The position numbers were made by a program, and so were the translations under genes. A stretch of DNA of 64,000 nucleotides from the human T2T-CHM13v2.0 reference genome, Homo sapiens: assembly GCF_009914755.1 (NCBI RefSeq), contig NC_060934.1. The stretch is one strand, 5' to 3'. How positions within the stretch are numbered: the stretch's first letter is position 1; the number at the start of each line of letters is the position of its first letter. Below are positions 30,079 to 46,418 of this stretch, one piece after another. The notes beneath the pieces are model-generated. The model worked only from the letters and a program-made list of their open reading frames with translations. It was not told the origin of the DNA and did not search any database.

Positions 30079-30939
30079 TTACATTTTAGTGGGGATGGAA
30101 GGAGGCTATGCCAGCTGGTATTGACATAAGGAGAGGCTAAAAAACCCTGGATGAATTGGAGTTGGTTCACCATTTTGCCTCGGGCAGCCTTGTGTGCGTT
30201 CTGTGGGGTTGGGAGTGATAATGAGTGATAATCCCTGTTCCTAATCCCTGGCTGTCCCAGGTGAGTGGTTGTCTAATATATGCAACCCTTTTATCTGCCT
30301 GGGCTTCTCTGCTTCCTGAAGGCGGGGTGCTTAGGAAGCCTGTGAAGCCGACCTGTCTGTACGTCTGTACAAGGAGAGGCCAAGGTAATAGGATGCTGTG
30401 GAGTCTAATTCAATGTGATAACAAGAAGAAAACCCGAGGGTGACTCAGACTCTAAAAATGTGTTGTGCAAGCAGACCGGGCGCCAGGCTCCTGGGTAATT
30501 TGGCTGGGCTGGAACAGGCTCCGGAGGAGGAATGCTGGTCTCCATTCTCATAACACACACTCCAACAGGGAGCCAAAGAATACCATGACCAGAAATTGGT
30601 CCACACTGCTCTAATTTCTCAAATAGATCCGCAGCAGAAAACACAGTTCTCATCCTCAACAGGTAAAGTCTATTGAAGAAAAATAATACTTGAAAGTCCC
30701 TTAGTTACAAATAAACTGAAGAAGTACATTATCCTCTCCCCACATACTCTCCACATAAGCATAAATACACCGAAAATACGATGCCGTTTTCCAAGAGGGA
30801 ACTTTTCCAGTTTCTGTCATCTTCAATTATAAAGTTTGAATGGGGCTTGAACCTAAATTGAATGCTAGAGACTTCACTCTGTTGGCAGGGTAGACCCCAC
30901 CCAAGCAGTGCTAGGGAAAGATGATGTAAAACCCACGTG

Positions 30940-31257
<318 letters not shown>

Positions 31258-32825
31258 TGAGACAAGGATATCTCTAAGGCCCCCTATTAGGCTGGCTGCC
31301 CAGATGCAAAACCTGTGAACACAAGAATGTCAGTATTACCTGGGGAGCCACCTCCAGTCACCCGCTCTGTCTTCATGCTCCGTGGTGAACAATCTCCATA
31401 AGAAGTTCATAGGTGTTGGACACGTGTGGCCAGGCCCTGGGCTTTGAAATCGACCCTGGTTTGCAGCTATATGGTTGATGCTGCCAGACACATCCAGATA
31501 TGGAAAATCAACTTTATCCCAGGCTTTCTTGTGCCGCTCCTCCAGCCGCCTGCTCTGTTGGGTGCAGCTCCTTCTGTTCCATTTTGCTTCATGGGCTCTG
31601 GAAGGAGGAGTAACAGTGCACAGATGGCAAGGTGGAACCTCCCAACACAAACTGAATCTCTTCCTCCTTCTGCTCCTCATTGCCTGAGCCTACTGTTCTC
31701 CCCCGCCACCACCATTTCTATTTTCAGGAAAAAAAGGAAAAAACTTTGGTGATCTACAAGCTTTGGGTGACTTTTCCTTTGAGCAGGATAACCAGAGCAG
31801 CTAGGTGATTTTCCAAATGCTGGCTATGGCTAAACCCAGTCTCAAACAAAATCGGAAAATCAACATGTTTCTCTTCAGATTTTCCAACAACCCCTTTCTT
31901 CATCTCTCTCCAACCTACAAGCTGCCCTTCTCCACCTGACATCCCAGTAGTGGGTGACTTCCAGCAGCTGGAGGCACTTCCCACCTTCCCCAGACCTAGG
32001 CCTGCACATTCTTCTCTCCCTTCATCTCTGTCTCTTCAGTCTGAGAAGTTAGTCTGAGGCGTGACTGCTGCATCATCAATGACTGCGTTAGAAACCCCAG
32101 CGATTCACTGCTATGTTCTTTATATGTAGGATAGTTACTGGCACATGGAAGGCACCCAATATGTATTTGCTGAGTCAGACTGCAAAAGTGTGCAACTGGC
32201 TGAGACTCTTGGGGGTATTTGCACAGAGAAATAACGTAACGATAACGACTACTAGCTAACTGCCATTTACTAGTCACTTTACACAGTCTAAAAGCAGGAT
32301 CTCGACATTTCTAACAGCTTGATGACCTCATATTTAATGTGGTTTTGTACAGAAATTTCCCTGGAACCCCACACATGACATTGTTTGGAGCGACTCCTTC
32401 CTTGCTTACCTATAAGCCTAATCCTGCGTATTGAGTCATTCTCTTCTTGAGCAAGTAGGACTTGTTGCTCTCTTGTCACTTTTCCACCAGTGTTCCTCTC
32501 TTAAGGGAGAGAAAAAGTTAAACATGCCTGCTTTTCAGTGTCTATAGACGATTGTGGAATGTTTGAGGAAAACCTTGGACTTTTTCACAGCCACTCCCTG
32601 TCTGGGCAGCCTCGGGTCAGCCTCCTCCTGCAGTTTTTCTTTCTGTTTTTCCCCTCTGTGTGTCCCTCCTAAGAATGTGGTCCTATTTCCTGGAGCAGGA
32701 GCCTGTCTGCAGGCATGGCTGGGAAGGAAGCCCTGGCCATGAGCTGGGCTGATGGCACCTCTGGAGCTGGCTTTCCGGCAGCTGGTGACACAGCGGGTCT
32801 GGCCTCATTCATTACTAATTGTTGA

Positions 32826-33384
<559 letters not shown>

Positions 33385-33677
33385 TTTTTTTTTTTTAAGA
33401 GTCTCACTCTGCTGCCCAGGCTGGAGTGTAGTGGCATCATCATAGCTCACTGCAGTCTCAAACTCCTGGACTCAAGAAATCCTCTTGCCTCAGCCTCCTG
33501 AATAGCTGGAACTACAGGTGTGTTCACCATGCCTGACTAAGTACTTAAAAAATTTTTTGTAGAGATGCGGTCTCACTATGTTGCCTAGGCTGGTCTCAAA
33601 CTCCTGACTTCAAGCCATCCTCCCATCTCAGCCTCCCACAGCAATGGGATCACAGGTGTGAGCCAGCATGCCTGGCT
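33385..33677 (-). mobile_element. AluJ
   Basis: Antisense dimer. Confidence 0.92.
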
Positions 33678-33689
33678 CCTGTGTTTTTA

Positions 33690-34005
33690 CTTGTCATTCC
33701 CTGTGCTTATAATGCTCCTCCCTCAAATCTGTATTGGTTTAGTCTTCCTTGTGCATCAAAGCCCCATTCAAATATTTTCTCCCCTTTGAGACTTTCTCCT
33801 GTTCCCCCTTGCAATTGAGAAGCCCTTTGTGCAAAACCACACTCTGTAGACAATTACTAAATTGAGTCATAGTTGCTCTGATGTGTCCCAGTTGCCAGCA
33901 GATTTGGACTACTTGAGGACCGGGGCTCTCCCGTGTCCATCTTTGTTCCCACTTTACCTAACCAGGAGCTGCCAATAACAGACACTCACTAAATGTTCAT
34001 GGGCA
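33690..34005 (+). mobile_element. L2 3' fragment
   Basis: 'ggactacttgaggaccgggg...cagacactcactaaatgtt'. Confidence 0.55.
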
Positions 34006-34608
34006 GATTGTGGAATGAGGCAGGCACACTCTGCAAGGGACAAGTGACACCGGCTCAATAGGTCGGACGTGCGCAGATGGTTTGAGAGCAAAGTCTGTAA
34101 CTCTGGAGTGTTTTCCATCTTCAAGCCCCCTCAAAATCTATTTGCTCTTCCCAGAAAGATTCTTGCCATATATTTGGTGGTTGGAGTGGTCTTGTCACCG
34201 GCCTTCAAGAACACTGATTATTGTTTGAAGGGTACACCGCCATTGAAAGAGTAGCTGATTTCCTCAGCCACCGTGCGTGTGTCAATAAGATTTTATAAAG
34301 TACCTGTCTCAGTGCTCAGCTTTATAAGAAATGAAGTGGAGGATTCAAAAGGGGTAGAAGACATAGACTCCACTCCTGTAGACCACAAAGCCTCGTCCAA
34401 AAGAGAACATGGCTGAAATGAGAACATGTGAATCACCAATGGTAGACCTGTGGTGGCAAGGGGAGAATCACTCAATGTTTTCAAATAAAGAAATTCCTGC
34501 TTGTCATTTCCCTGGCTCTTTCTATATGAACTTGTTCATGTTCGAAACAGCTTGACTGAAAATCAGTACTTGCAGTTAAGAACACTTTATTTTTAAGTTT
34601 TTTTGAAC

Positions 34609-34743
34609 TTTATTTTTTATTTTTGTAGAGATAAGGGGTCTCCCTGTGTTGCTAGGCTGGTCTCGAACTCCTGGGCTCAAGAGATCCTCCCAGCACAGCC
34701 TCCCAAAGTGCTGGGATGACAGGTATGAGCCACTGCACCCATC
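34609..34743 (-). mobile_element. Alu left monomer (FLAM-like)
   Basis: Left arm only, with T-rich tail. Confidence 0.88.
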
Positions 34744-35092
34744 ATTGCTCTTAATTCAGATTGAGGTGTTGATTCACGGGGCAAGATGGAATGGCATGAA
34801 GGAAACTCAGTGGGAAGGATGAAACAGAGGCAGAGAATGGTTAAGAGATTCTTGTTGTAGTTCAGCCAGGAGGCTACAGGGACTAGACTAGGCTACAGGG
34901 ACTAGACTAGGCTGTCATAGGGAGAGAAATAGAAGGAGTGGCCCAGATAACTGGTTGCAACCTCTCCTAACTCCCAAAGAAGGAGGGAAGGGTAAAATTT
35001 TGCCAGGATAAAGAGAGGATGACCAAAGAAACAGAGCTCCAAAGAAGGGACTTTTTTTTTTTTAAAAAATCACTGAAGGCTACCATTATATT

Positions 35093-35393
<301 letters not shown>

Positions 35394-35469
35394 CTTTCAT
35401 TCTTCAAGTAAGAATCGTTTTACACTGACTTCCTCTCTGTCTGGGGCTGGGGATTTGTATAGGAGGCGG

Positions 35470-35883
35470 TGATGTGGTTTGCATCTGTGTCCCCACCCAA
35501 ATCTCATGTTGAATTGTAATCCCCAGTGTTGAAGTTTGGGCCTGGTGGGAGGTGACTGGCTCATGGGGTGAATTTGTCATGAATGCTTTAGCACCATCCT
35601 CCTTGGTACTGTCCTTGCAACAGTGAGTGAGTTCTCGTGAGATTTGGTGATCTTAAAGTGTGTGGCCCCTCCCACCTCTCTCACTCCTGCTCCCTCCATG
35701 TAGGACACTTACTCCTCCTTTGCCTTCCACCATTATTGGAAGCTTCCTGAGGCCTTCCCAGAAGCAGAAGCTGTTATGCTTCCTGTGCAGCCTGCAGGAC
35801 CGTGAGCCAATTAAACCTCTTTTCTTTATAAATTACCCCATCTCAGATATTTCTTCATAGTAACACAGAAACAGACTAATACA
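35470..35883 (+). mobile_element. MST (A/B-like) solo LTR
   Basis: tgatgtggtttg...acagactaataca; TSD ggcgg/ggtag. Confidence 0.93.
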
Positions 35884-36344
35884 GGTAGTAAGGAGGAAAC
35901 AAATTCCACAGGAAAACTGTACTTCTGCTTGAAATCTCAACTGCCCCTAGTTTTGCATCTGTGTCTTCTTAGTCCTGGAAGAAATTTGATCCCTAGGCCC
36001 TTGTTCTGCTCTCTGCCCTTGAGTTCCATCCACAAGTCCCTACTCTACTCTCCACAGGAAGAGGCTACTGAACTTGATGTTGGAATTGATCCTAATGTAC
36101 AGACCTAACCCTCAGAGAAAGTTTGACCCACCCGTGGGGAGATGGAGTCATGACTCCAGAAGATTCTCCAGCACGCTCCTTCCCTGGGGTTGTAAGGGTG
36201 CCTGAAAGTGGAAGCTCATAGATTCTTAGAGTTGAAAGGCCCATGTGCAGGGCATCTTCTTCAGTCCCCACCCTGTATAGGAATCTCTTCCTTAACATCC
36301 TTGCCAGGCAGCAACAACCTCAGCCAAACATTACCAGGAACAAG

Positions 36345-37551
<1,207 letters not shown>

Positions 37552-37735
37552 AAGGAAATCAGGACCATTTAGGCCACTGTTGGACATTCCCAAGACCAGA
37601 AAATTCTTTATTTTAAGCTAAAATCCAATTTGAAATGAATTGACATTATGAAAAATTTATTTATTTTATTGCAATATTTTGCCCTAAAAAAAAATAATTT
37701 TAGATTGCACTGAAAGGCACATAATATTTTAGAAA

Positions 37736-38027
37736 GCTCCAGGCATGGTGGCTCATGCCTGTAATCCCAGCACTTTGGGAGGCTGAAGCAAGCAGATCAC
37801 TTGAGGTCGGGAGTTCAAGACCACCCTGGCCAACATGGTAAAACCCTGTCTCTACTAACAAAAATACAAAAATTAGCTGGGCATGGTGGCGAGCGCCTGT
37901 AGTTCCAGCTATTCTGGAGGTTAAGGCAGGAGAATCACTTGAACCCATAGGCGGAGGTTGCAGTGAGCCAAGATTGTGTCATTGCACTCCAGCCTGGACA
38001 AGAGAGCGAGACTCTATTTCCAAAAAA
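37736..38027 (+). mobile_element. AluS
   Basis: TSD atattttagaaa. Confidence 0.94.
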
Positions 38028-39529
38028 ATATATTTTAGAAAGGGATGAGGGAGTTCATAATCCTCCTGAAATTATGTAATTATGTACAAAAGTATGTATA
38101 TGCGTATGTGCTCTTCGTTTTTTCTTTTTTCTGCATATTGGGTCCAGAGCTTTCATGGGACACCTAAGGGTCCTCAGTGATTCTGTGCTATCCCAGAAGT
38201 GTGATGTTGAGTTGAAGGTGTCACACTTAAACAAAATACAGACAGGCCACATCTCACTCAGGGGGAGGCATCCTGGCTCCATCAGCTTGCCCAGGGTGGC
38301 AGGGTCTTCTCTTTAGCCCAGAATAAGTACCCTTTCCCAATCAGAGCCCAGTGAATGTGCCATCTGTCTCAAGCCCAGCCACATAAAATCATGATGCTAC
38401 CCGGGGCCTTTGTTTCGGGTAGTGCTCTTATTTTTCAGGGTGGCAGCCTGTCTGCGCCTTGACTCCTCTACGTCAGCACTGCTCAGCTATGGAAAAGTCA
38501 TGAGGGATAATGGTGGTGTTTGTAGAGCCAGCATGTGTCATGTGGGTTTTCAGACAAAGGGATACAGAGACTCATGCTTTACTAACTCATCATCTGCATA
38601 CCCATTCGGGAAGAGGAAATGACTGGGGCCACATCACTCCAAGCTTGTCTCTACTTGTCCTTGTGACGAGTATCTCACGCACACAAAGGGACACTTTTTT
38701 CTCTTGTTTTCACTAGCAAGTCCTATGTAGGGATGACATCATCTCTGTGCTGATTTACTTTAAAATACTTTCGTGCAATCGACACCCTAGGAGGAGGGAG
38801 GAAGGAGGAGGTATTTGAAGTACCCTAATCAGACATCCACGTTCCAAGAGTTGTTAGTTAGCATTTGAAACATCCTAATTAGGGATCCACACTTAGGAGG
38901 GGGTTACTTAGCACTTCAAATATTGTTATTGAAATCTACCCCACAAACGGTGTGTTCATTAGCATAAGAGATGGTGGAAGTAAAAATTTCCCTGGTGGAA
39001 TGGTAGCTTTCAAGGGATGATTTTGACTGGAAAGAGTGTGCTTCCCACCACCCCAGCTGGAACAAGGTTTAAGAATGCAGCAAGCCAAAGACAATACTCC
39101 CATAGACAAACTACAGGTACAGAGCCCCATGCTTCCTGAGGCCCCTACATCCCCCCTTTCATACTGTATGTAGGACTCTGTTGTCCTGTCTTTAAAATAT
39201 GGTGGCATTCCATTGCAGTGTACATTTTTATGTGCATTTTCAGTGCAAGGTGCTTACCAGAGTGTCCAGGATCAGAGAGCAGGACTAGACATCAACAGGT
39301 GAATGAGAGTTTCTGTGCCTGCTCACTAAGTCTTGCTTTCACCAGCTAATAAATGCTGAAACCTAGTGAGTAGTGACTACCTGTCACTAACTGCTGTTTA
39401 GTCCCCTGTTCAATGGAATGGTTAAACTGGCAACACCAGGTCTCAAAGAAAATCAAAGATAAATAAACTAGAGCCTTAGCATATAAATATCCTCAAGTTT
39501 CTCCTGTACAATTTAAGATCTTTCAAGAA

Positions 39530-39757
39530 GGCCAGGCACAGTGGCCTGTAATCCCGGCACTTTGAGAGGCCGAGGCAGGAGGATTGCTTGAGCCCAGGAG
39601 TTTGAGACCAGCCTAGGCAACATAGGGAGATCCCGTCTTTACAAAAAAATGAAAAATTACCTGGCTGTGGTGGCACACACCTGTGGTCCCAGCTACCCAG
39701 GAGGCTGAGGTGGGAGGATCACTTGAGCCTGGGAGGTGGAGGCTGCGGTGAGATTAT
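39530..39757 (+). mobile_element. AluJ, 3'-truncated
   Basis: Similarity ends after 'ggctgcggtgagattatg'; no tail. Confidence 0.9.
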
Positions 39758-39844
39758 GTCTATAAGGAGCTCAGTGCCTGCACAGGAAAAATGTGATCAT
39801 TTTTGCTTTTATTATTAATCACCTAGTTAACTTCCACTTGATCA

Positions 39845-40093
39845 TTAAAATTCATCTCAAGTGTCTTCCTTTCTTAGAGGTTTCTCTAGTCACCTCCTTA
39901 AGTCCCTACTCTGTGTTGTCACAAAGCCTGACCAACCTCTATGGAAGCATGTACCATACTCTATGGCTAATTTCTTTTTATGTGTTAATCTCCACTGTTA
40001 GCTCCTTGAGGGCAGGAATTATGCCTTGTTTGTTTTATGTCCCCGGTACCTACTATATAATAGATATTCAAGAAATATTGAATGAATGAACAA
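39845..40093 (+). mobile_element. L2 3' end
   Basis: 'agctccttgagggcagg...aaatattgaatgaatgaa'. Confidence 0.8.
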
Positions 40094-42177
40094 ATGCATA
40101 AATTAGATGGGGATATACAGCTTTATGCAGAGACCCCCTGGGAGGGGTCTTTGAGAGTTACCATCCTACCCAATGGTTGAATGGTAGTTGGGGGGAAGAG
40201 GAGAAAACTGAGTTCGATTTGGAAATTACAGATAGAATTTTGCTTAATATATAGAAGCACTTCTGTGATTATCAAAAAATGGAAAGGAATACTTCAGTGG
40301 TATTTCTCCAAAGTTATTTCAGCAGAGGTTAGTAGCGTGGTGAATTTTATTCACTCACTCCATAAGAGATTTGCCTAGGAGTTATTGTCTATCTCTAACA
40401 TTGCGTGACAATTCCATACGAGAAATAAAGGGCTATGAAACAGTCTCCCATAAACATTTGGGCTTTATTGCATGTTGATTCTATGTCTTAATATCCTTAT
40501 CTCTTCTCCTAAATGTGCTTTTTAGTTTTCAAATGATCTGTATCTCTTTTTGATCAGCTCCCTTACTTATATATGTACTTATAGGCAGTTTTTTTGATAA
40601 GATGACATAATCTGTGAGGCTTTTGCTTGGCTGTTGGGAAATGGAGATAATTGTAAATTATTCATATCAAATTGTTGGATTTTAGGTCTACTTGCTGAAA
40701 ACACAGGGATGGCCAAGGAGGTCATTTTGGTTTTAAAACCAGAATGGCTTTAAACAAAAAATGGCTTTAAGACCAAAAGTCAGGTAAATCTTGTGCTGAA
40801 CTAAACCTCTAACTTCACAGTGTTATTCATTGAATGCTAAAAAAATTTTATAAAGCCTCCAGAGAATAGTCAAACCCCCAATAAATCCAAGGCCCACACT
40901 ACTTTTTCCAATTGCAGTAGCCAATTGATGATTGAATGGGAATATTTGCAAGCCATAACTGTCTTCAGACCATGTAACCAGGAAACTAGCCATGTTATCT
41001 CTGGAACAAGCCTTTCCACTCAGTGCAGGACACAGAGGGGGCCTTTCCACTAAGCAGACAGACTTTTTATTTTGTGAGTAGGTAAAAAATAGATCTAATC
41101 TACTCATCTAGAATGATCTTGCCATTTTTATTATAAAAATCAGAGAATGGCAGCACTGTAATAAACATTTAGCAATATATATTTTTTTTCTGAGGCTTTT
41201 TTGGAAATACAGAGAGGCTTCTATTACCTTAGGAAATAACCAGGTAACTCCAAGTATTTATATCCTATACACACTTTTTCTTCATTCCTTTATGGATTTT
41301 TCTCTGTATCAGTTGAGTAAGGATCTGAGATAGAATGGAAGCTATGCTTTAAGAATATGGATGCCTCTTTTCAGCACCAGGTAGAACGAAGACCAAGATA
41401 GGCAGCTAAAATGTGATACTTCCAAGCAAGATAGATTTGAATTGATTTGATAATGATCTGATTTGCCTCTCTGTCTTGGACATAAGAACAGAACATTGGC
41501 TATATCTTGACTTCACTTGAGGCCATTTAGAGACAGGGTTTATTGACATTTAACCCTAAGAATTTTCCTTGGCTTTAACAAACTATAAGTATACTATTGT
41601 TCTTCATGATGAATGTGACAACTGGTCACATCTTGTGGATCACATTAAGGAGATTAAAATTCCTGGCAAAAGCCTATGTATAACTAAGTGGCTTCATGGC
41701 CCACTGACAAAAACAAGCCATTATGGGGTTTCTGCAGGTCTTTTATTATTTGAAAAATATGCACCGCATGGTGCTTAGGACAAGCTCACAATAAACTCCA
41801 TTAGGTTCCTTAAAATATTTCATGTTGTATAGTGTTGATAAGGTAATAATATTCTCAAACTCATTACACTGAAATTCTATTTTTCTTTTCCTTTCTAATA
41901 TGTGGTGTCAACAACAGAGTGAATAAAACGACATCAAGCATCTGAGCAGCTGGATACTGAAATTAATCTTATAAGGGTGCCTCACTCACAACTCTATGTC
42001 ACTGTGATTTTTTAATGAAATAATTTTAAGAAATCCTAGGGGGATGTCAGGCTTACAATGTTTTTAACCAGAGAAACAGCATGTGCTTAAAAAAAAAAAA
42101 CTGTATTGTATCAATTCTTGCCTTTTTGGCATTGGATAGACTTGTTTAAAAAATTCCTTATTTATAAAGAAGGAGGA

Positions 42178-42492
42178 GGTCGGGCGCAGTGGCTCACGTC
42201 GGTCATCCCAGCACTTTGGGAGGCCAAGGTGGGCAGATCACTTGAGGTTAGGAGTTTGAGGCCAGCCTGGCCAACCAACATGGTGAAACCTTGTCTCTAC
42301 TAAAAATACAAAAATTAGCCGTGTGTGGTGGAGCACACCTGTAATCCCAGCTACTCGGGAGGCTAAGATAGAATTGCTTGAACCTGGGAGGCAGAGGCTG
42401 TAGTAGTGAGCTGAGACAGCACCCCTGCCCTCCAGCCTGGGTGACACAGCAAGACTCCGTCAAATAAAAAATAAAAATTAAAATTAAAAAAA
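42178..42492 (+). mobile_element. AluS
   Basis: Full dimer and tail. Confidence 0.94.
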
Positions 42493-44560
42493 AGGAGGAA
42501 GAAGAAGGAAAACCCTAATAGTCAAGGTCTGGCTGAAAATTTGCCTTAAGATCCTATAATTCTTTTTGAGGTTAGAGTTTTGAATTTATAACAACTTCCC
42601 TGGAGGTAATGCTCAAGAGTCTAGAATTTTCTTAAATTAAGCACACTTAGGAGAATAAAATAGCGGCAGCTATGAGAAAGTCAAATATGTGAATTACTTA
42701 CCACTTATCCTAAACCCTGAAATCAAATTAGCCTTGAGCTTTAAGTAGGTATTCTACATGGTGCAACCTTTTAGGGGGAAATACATCAGTGTATCTTTAC
42801 ACTGATCCAAATGGATCAGTGTAAATATCCAAAACGAATTAGGTCTGTTTGGTCACCATTCTATTCTACAGGGTATGAATTACATGCTCTGCCCATTCAA
42901 GATACTAGGATAATGACCATACATGCCACCTAGTTCCTTCCAGTTAATTTATTCTTCCTTAAAGATATTTTAAGGTAAATGCTACATAAAAAACTCTGCA
43001 CTGCAACTGAGAAACACTTCATTCTGTTGTTGCTGTCTGTGTCCTGTTACTAATGCCCACTATGGCTATAATAGATTCTTTTTTCTTTATTTTTTGCTAA
43101 CGTATACTTATCTATATTAATGTGATATCCTAATATCTAAAGTAGATACGTTAGTCATTTCTTTCCATGGAATAATTTCCTCCCTGAAACCAGTAATATG
43201 TGTCAAGCTAAGGAAGGCACACAGCCAAATGTCTTCCTGTAATTGTAGAAAACCATACTAGCCTCCTAAATTACCTGTTTGATTATTTGCTTTAAACAGG
43301 GTTTGGGGGAGGGGGTTGGAGTGGGGAAGGTGAGATCTTTGACAATGGCATGGTGACTTCCATTGACCCTGGAAATTTTGGGCATATCCAAACAAGCTAT
43401 TGTCCATGTGAGACACAACTCATGGGAAGTTACCTACAGAATGGCAATATTTGGTGCATTCTGTTATATTTCTCATCCTCAAATATCTGAGTTCTCTTTC
43501 AATAAGTAAATTTCTGGGTAAGAAAGCAAGAAAGCAAAAGGACTATGGAAGGAAACCACCATAGGCTCTTTGCTGCAAAATGGTAGTTGGGGTCAGGTCC
43601 AAAAGTGTGTGTGTGTAATCATGTGTGTGTGTGTAATTGTGTGTGTACATATATATGATCATGTATAAATAAGTATTTGTGTGTATTATGTATAGAGAAT
43701 TAGATTTTTAATAACCCTTTTCTGCTGACAATGTACTCACAGCAATTACTTTAAGTGCAAGCGTTTTTTTTTTAATTTTAACACAAGAATTGGGGATATT
43801 TACTTTGAAAAAATGGTCACCTGGAGAGTGATGAGGAGGGTGTAGAATGGACCTGATGGATACTTTCAGTGTGAAAGATTTATCTCATAGCAGAGGGATT
43901 TAACCCTGAGAGATGATGTGAGGCAGATGTACGATGTTAAAGGCGGAGTGAGAACTGATGAGTAGAAGTCATGGTAAAGAATGCTTTTGCTCAAAATATG
44001 GAAGAACTTTCTAAATTCTACCTAAAATTGACTGAACTGAATGATCACTTTTCAAGGGCACTGTGAAGTCAATTTGTGCATTGGGTTGAAAGACGGACTC
44101 TAAGACTTCTTCTACCAGTAATGTTGGGGAACTCTATTATTCTAAATCGAAATAATACCTGCTCTGTGCTGAATTTCCCTCTGAACTCTTGATTTCTTTC
44201 AGAGCATGAGCCAGGGATCAATTATAAAGCTATTAGAAGAGTGGCTTCCTCAAAAGACTGACTTTGTCTCCTACCTGTCCTAAAGCCTCAGTGTGCTGCT
44301 CAGATGCGCCGGACTGGGTGTGATCTAGCCAGAAGGTTCTTTGAATGACTCAGGGGAGACAGAATATATTTTCAGCCCAAGAATGTCAATGACATTCATT
44401 ACATTAACACATTCAAAAGGGAAAATCGAAAGATTAGGAAGGAATATATATGAACTCAAAATATTATAATATTTCATTCATCAATAGAAGTCAGGCAAAC
44501 AGCAGATGACATCATAGCAATAGCAATAACTAACCTTTACTACTTTATCAGTAATATTAG

Positions 44561-44874
<314 letters not shown>

Positions 44875-46418
44875 TTGAATGCCTATTATTTCACAGTTTT
44901 GTCCCATTCCACCTTCATAACAATTTTATAAAATAGACACAACTATTAGCCCAATTTCATGAGCATGGAGACGTTCCAAGTAGGAACAACTAGTAAATGG
45001 CAATGAGATTTAAACCCAGATCTGTTCCCCCACCTCACCACAATCTTAACCACTGTACTCAGAGGAGATTGGTGTCTCCCAAATATCTTGAATGGCCCTA
45101 TCCAGGTGGCCTTGAATCCGGCTCTCTGTGGGGGATCTTTGACAAAGAACCTGGAAAGACCACACCAGTCCTGGAGCACACAATTTCAGAACTATATGGA
45201 ACTTTGGAAGCAAAGGGAGGGTGACCTACATGTAATGTATAGGGAAGAGATGAGAAAGTTCAGAACTGGAGGTTATTTGAATGACATGGGAGAAGTTTGA
45301 GGAAGTAGACCAGCATGTTCCACACAGATGAAGGTATATTATTTTATTGTATCTAGTAATGTAGTGTTCTTTCTTTTATTAAGAACAAAATAAGAGAGTA
45401 TTTTGAGAGAAACAGTCTAGGTCCAATATGAGGAACAAATTCCTGGAAGAGAAAACTGTAGAGCTTAGGAACACATTGCAAAGGAAAGTTGTGACTTGCA
45501 GAAAATTACCCACCTATGTGGACTAATGGGTGCTTTGACTACACAAATGATTATGTGACACTCACAAAACTTCAGTAGGGGAAAAAAGTTAGCTAAATTT
45601 GTTGTTTACTCTCACGTAGTCTTAGAAAGAAAAAAATTTTAAAAAAAACTTTTTTGCTTTTGAACTAGCCATACAAAGAGAAAATGAGGACCCATTTCAC
45701 TTTTTCCAAATGGTTGTGCTGTGACTTCGATGGCACATTGCAAAGCAATGCGTGCTCACATTTTTAGGTTTTTTTTTTTTTTTTTTTTTGCACTTGTTGG
45801 CCAATTTCTGAGCTGAAAGAGTAGGCAGAGGTTATTTGGGTTGAATCTCCTCCTGCTTCTTGCTGCTTTTGGGTTCTGGTTTTCAGACTAACAGATACAA
45901 TTCTCTCCAGTCCGTGTGCAAAGCTTACGTGAGTAAGGATGGGAGATGAGCTTGGGCTCCCTCGCTACACAGATAAATCAATATTTCAACCTCGGGGAAG
46001 CCATTCAATGTGTGATGATCACACATTGCCATTCCCTTGTGATTCAGTGATTCATTCATTTCAGGATGGATAAAATACCAAGTATGGGTAGTACTTTCCA
46101 ACAAGAAATTTAGACGTCACTCAACCTTTTGGAAAAACTGGTAAATCTGTCACCTTGGAGTTGATGGAACTTTGTGAGCAGCAAGAAAGAGAGATCTTCA
46201 AGAGACTTCTACCACGTGGTTGTGGTGCCAGAGGCTTTTCCTGATGGGCTTTCTCAGTTGAGTCTTTGTTTTCTCAGCTGTAAAATGGGGACAATGGGAC
46301 TATGCATGCGAAAACGCATGCTAATCTGAATCATACCAGAGATACCTATGGGAGGTATTGGTATCATTGTTAGAGTTCCTGTTGATGTGACATCACTTTT
46401 CAATTTGGATCAATTATC

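Noticed and set aside
43828-43909. Box C/D snoRNA-like pattern GTGATGA...CTGA
   Set aside because: No terminal stem and no recognisable guide; such motifs occur by chance
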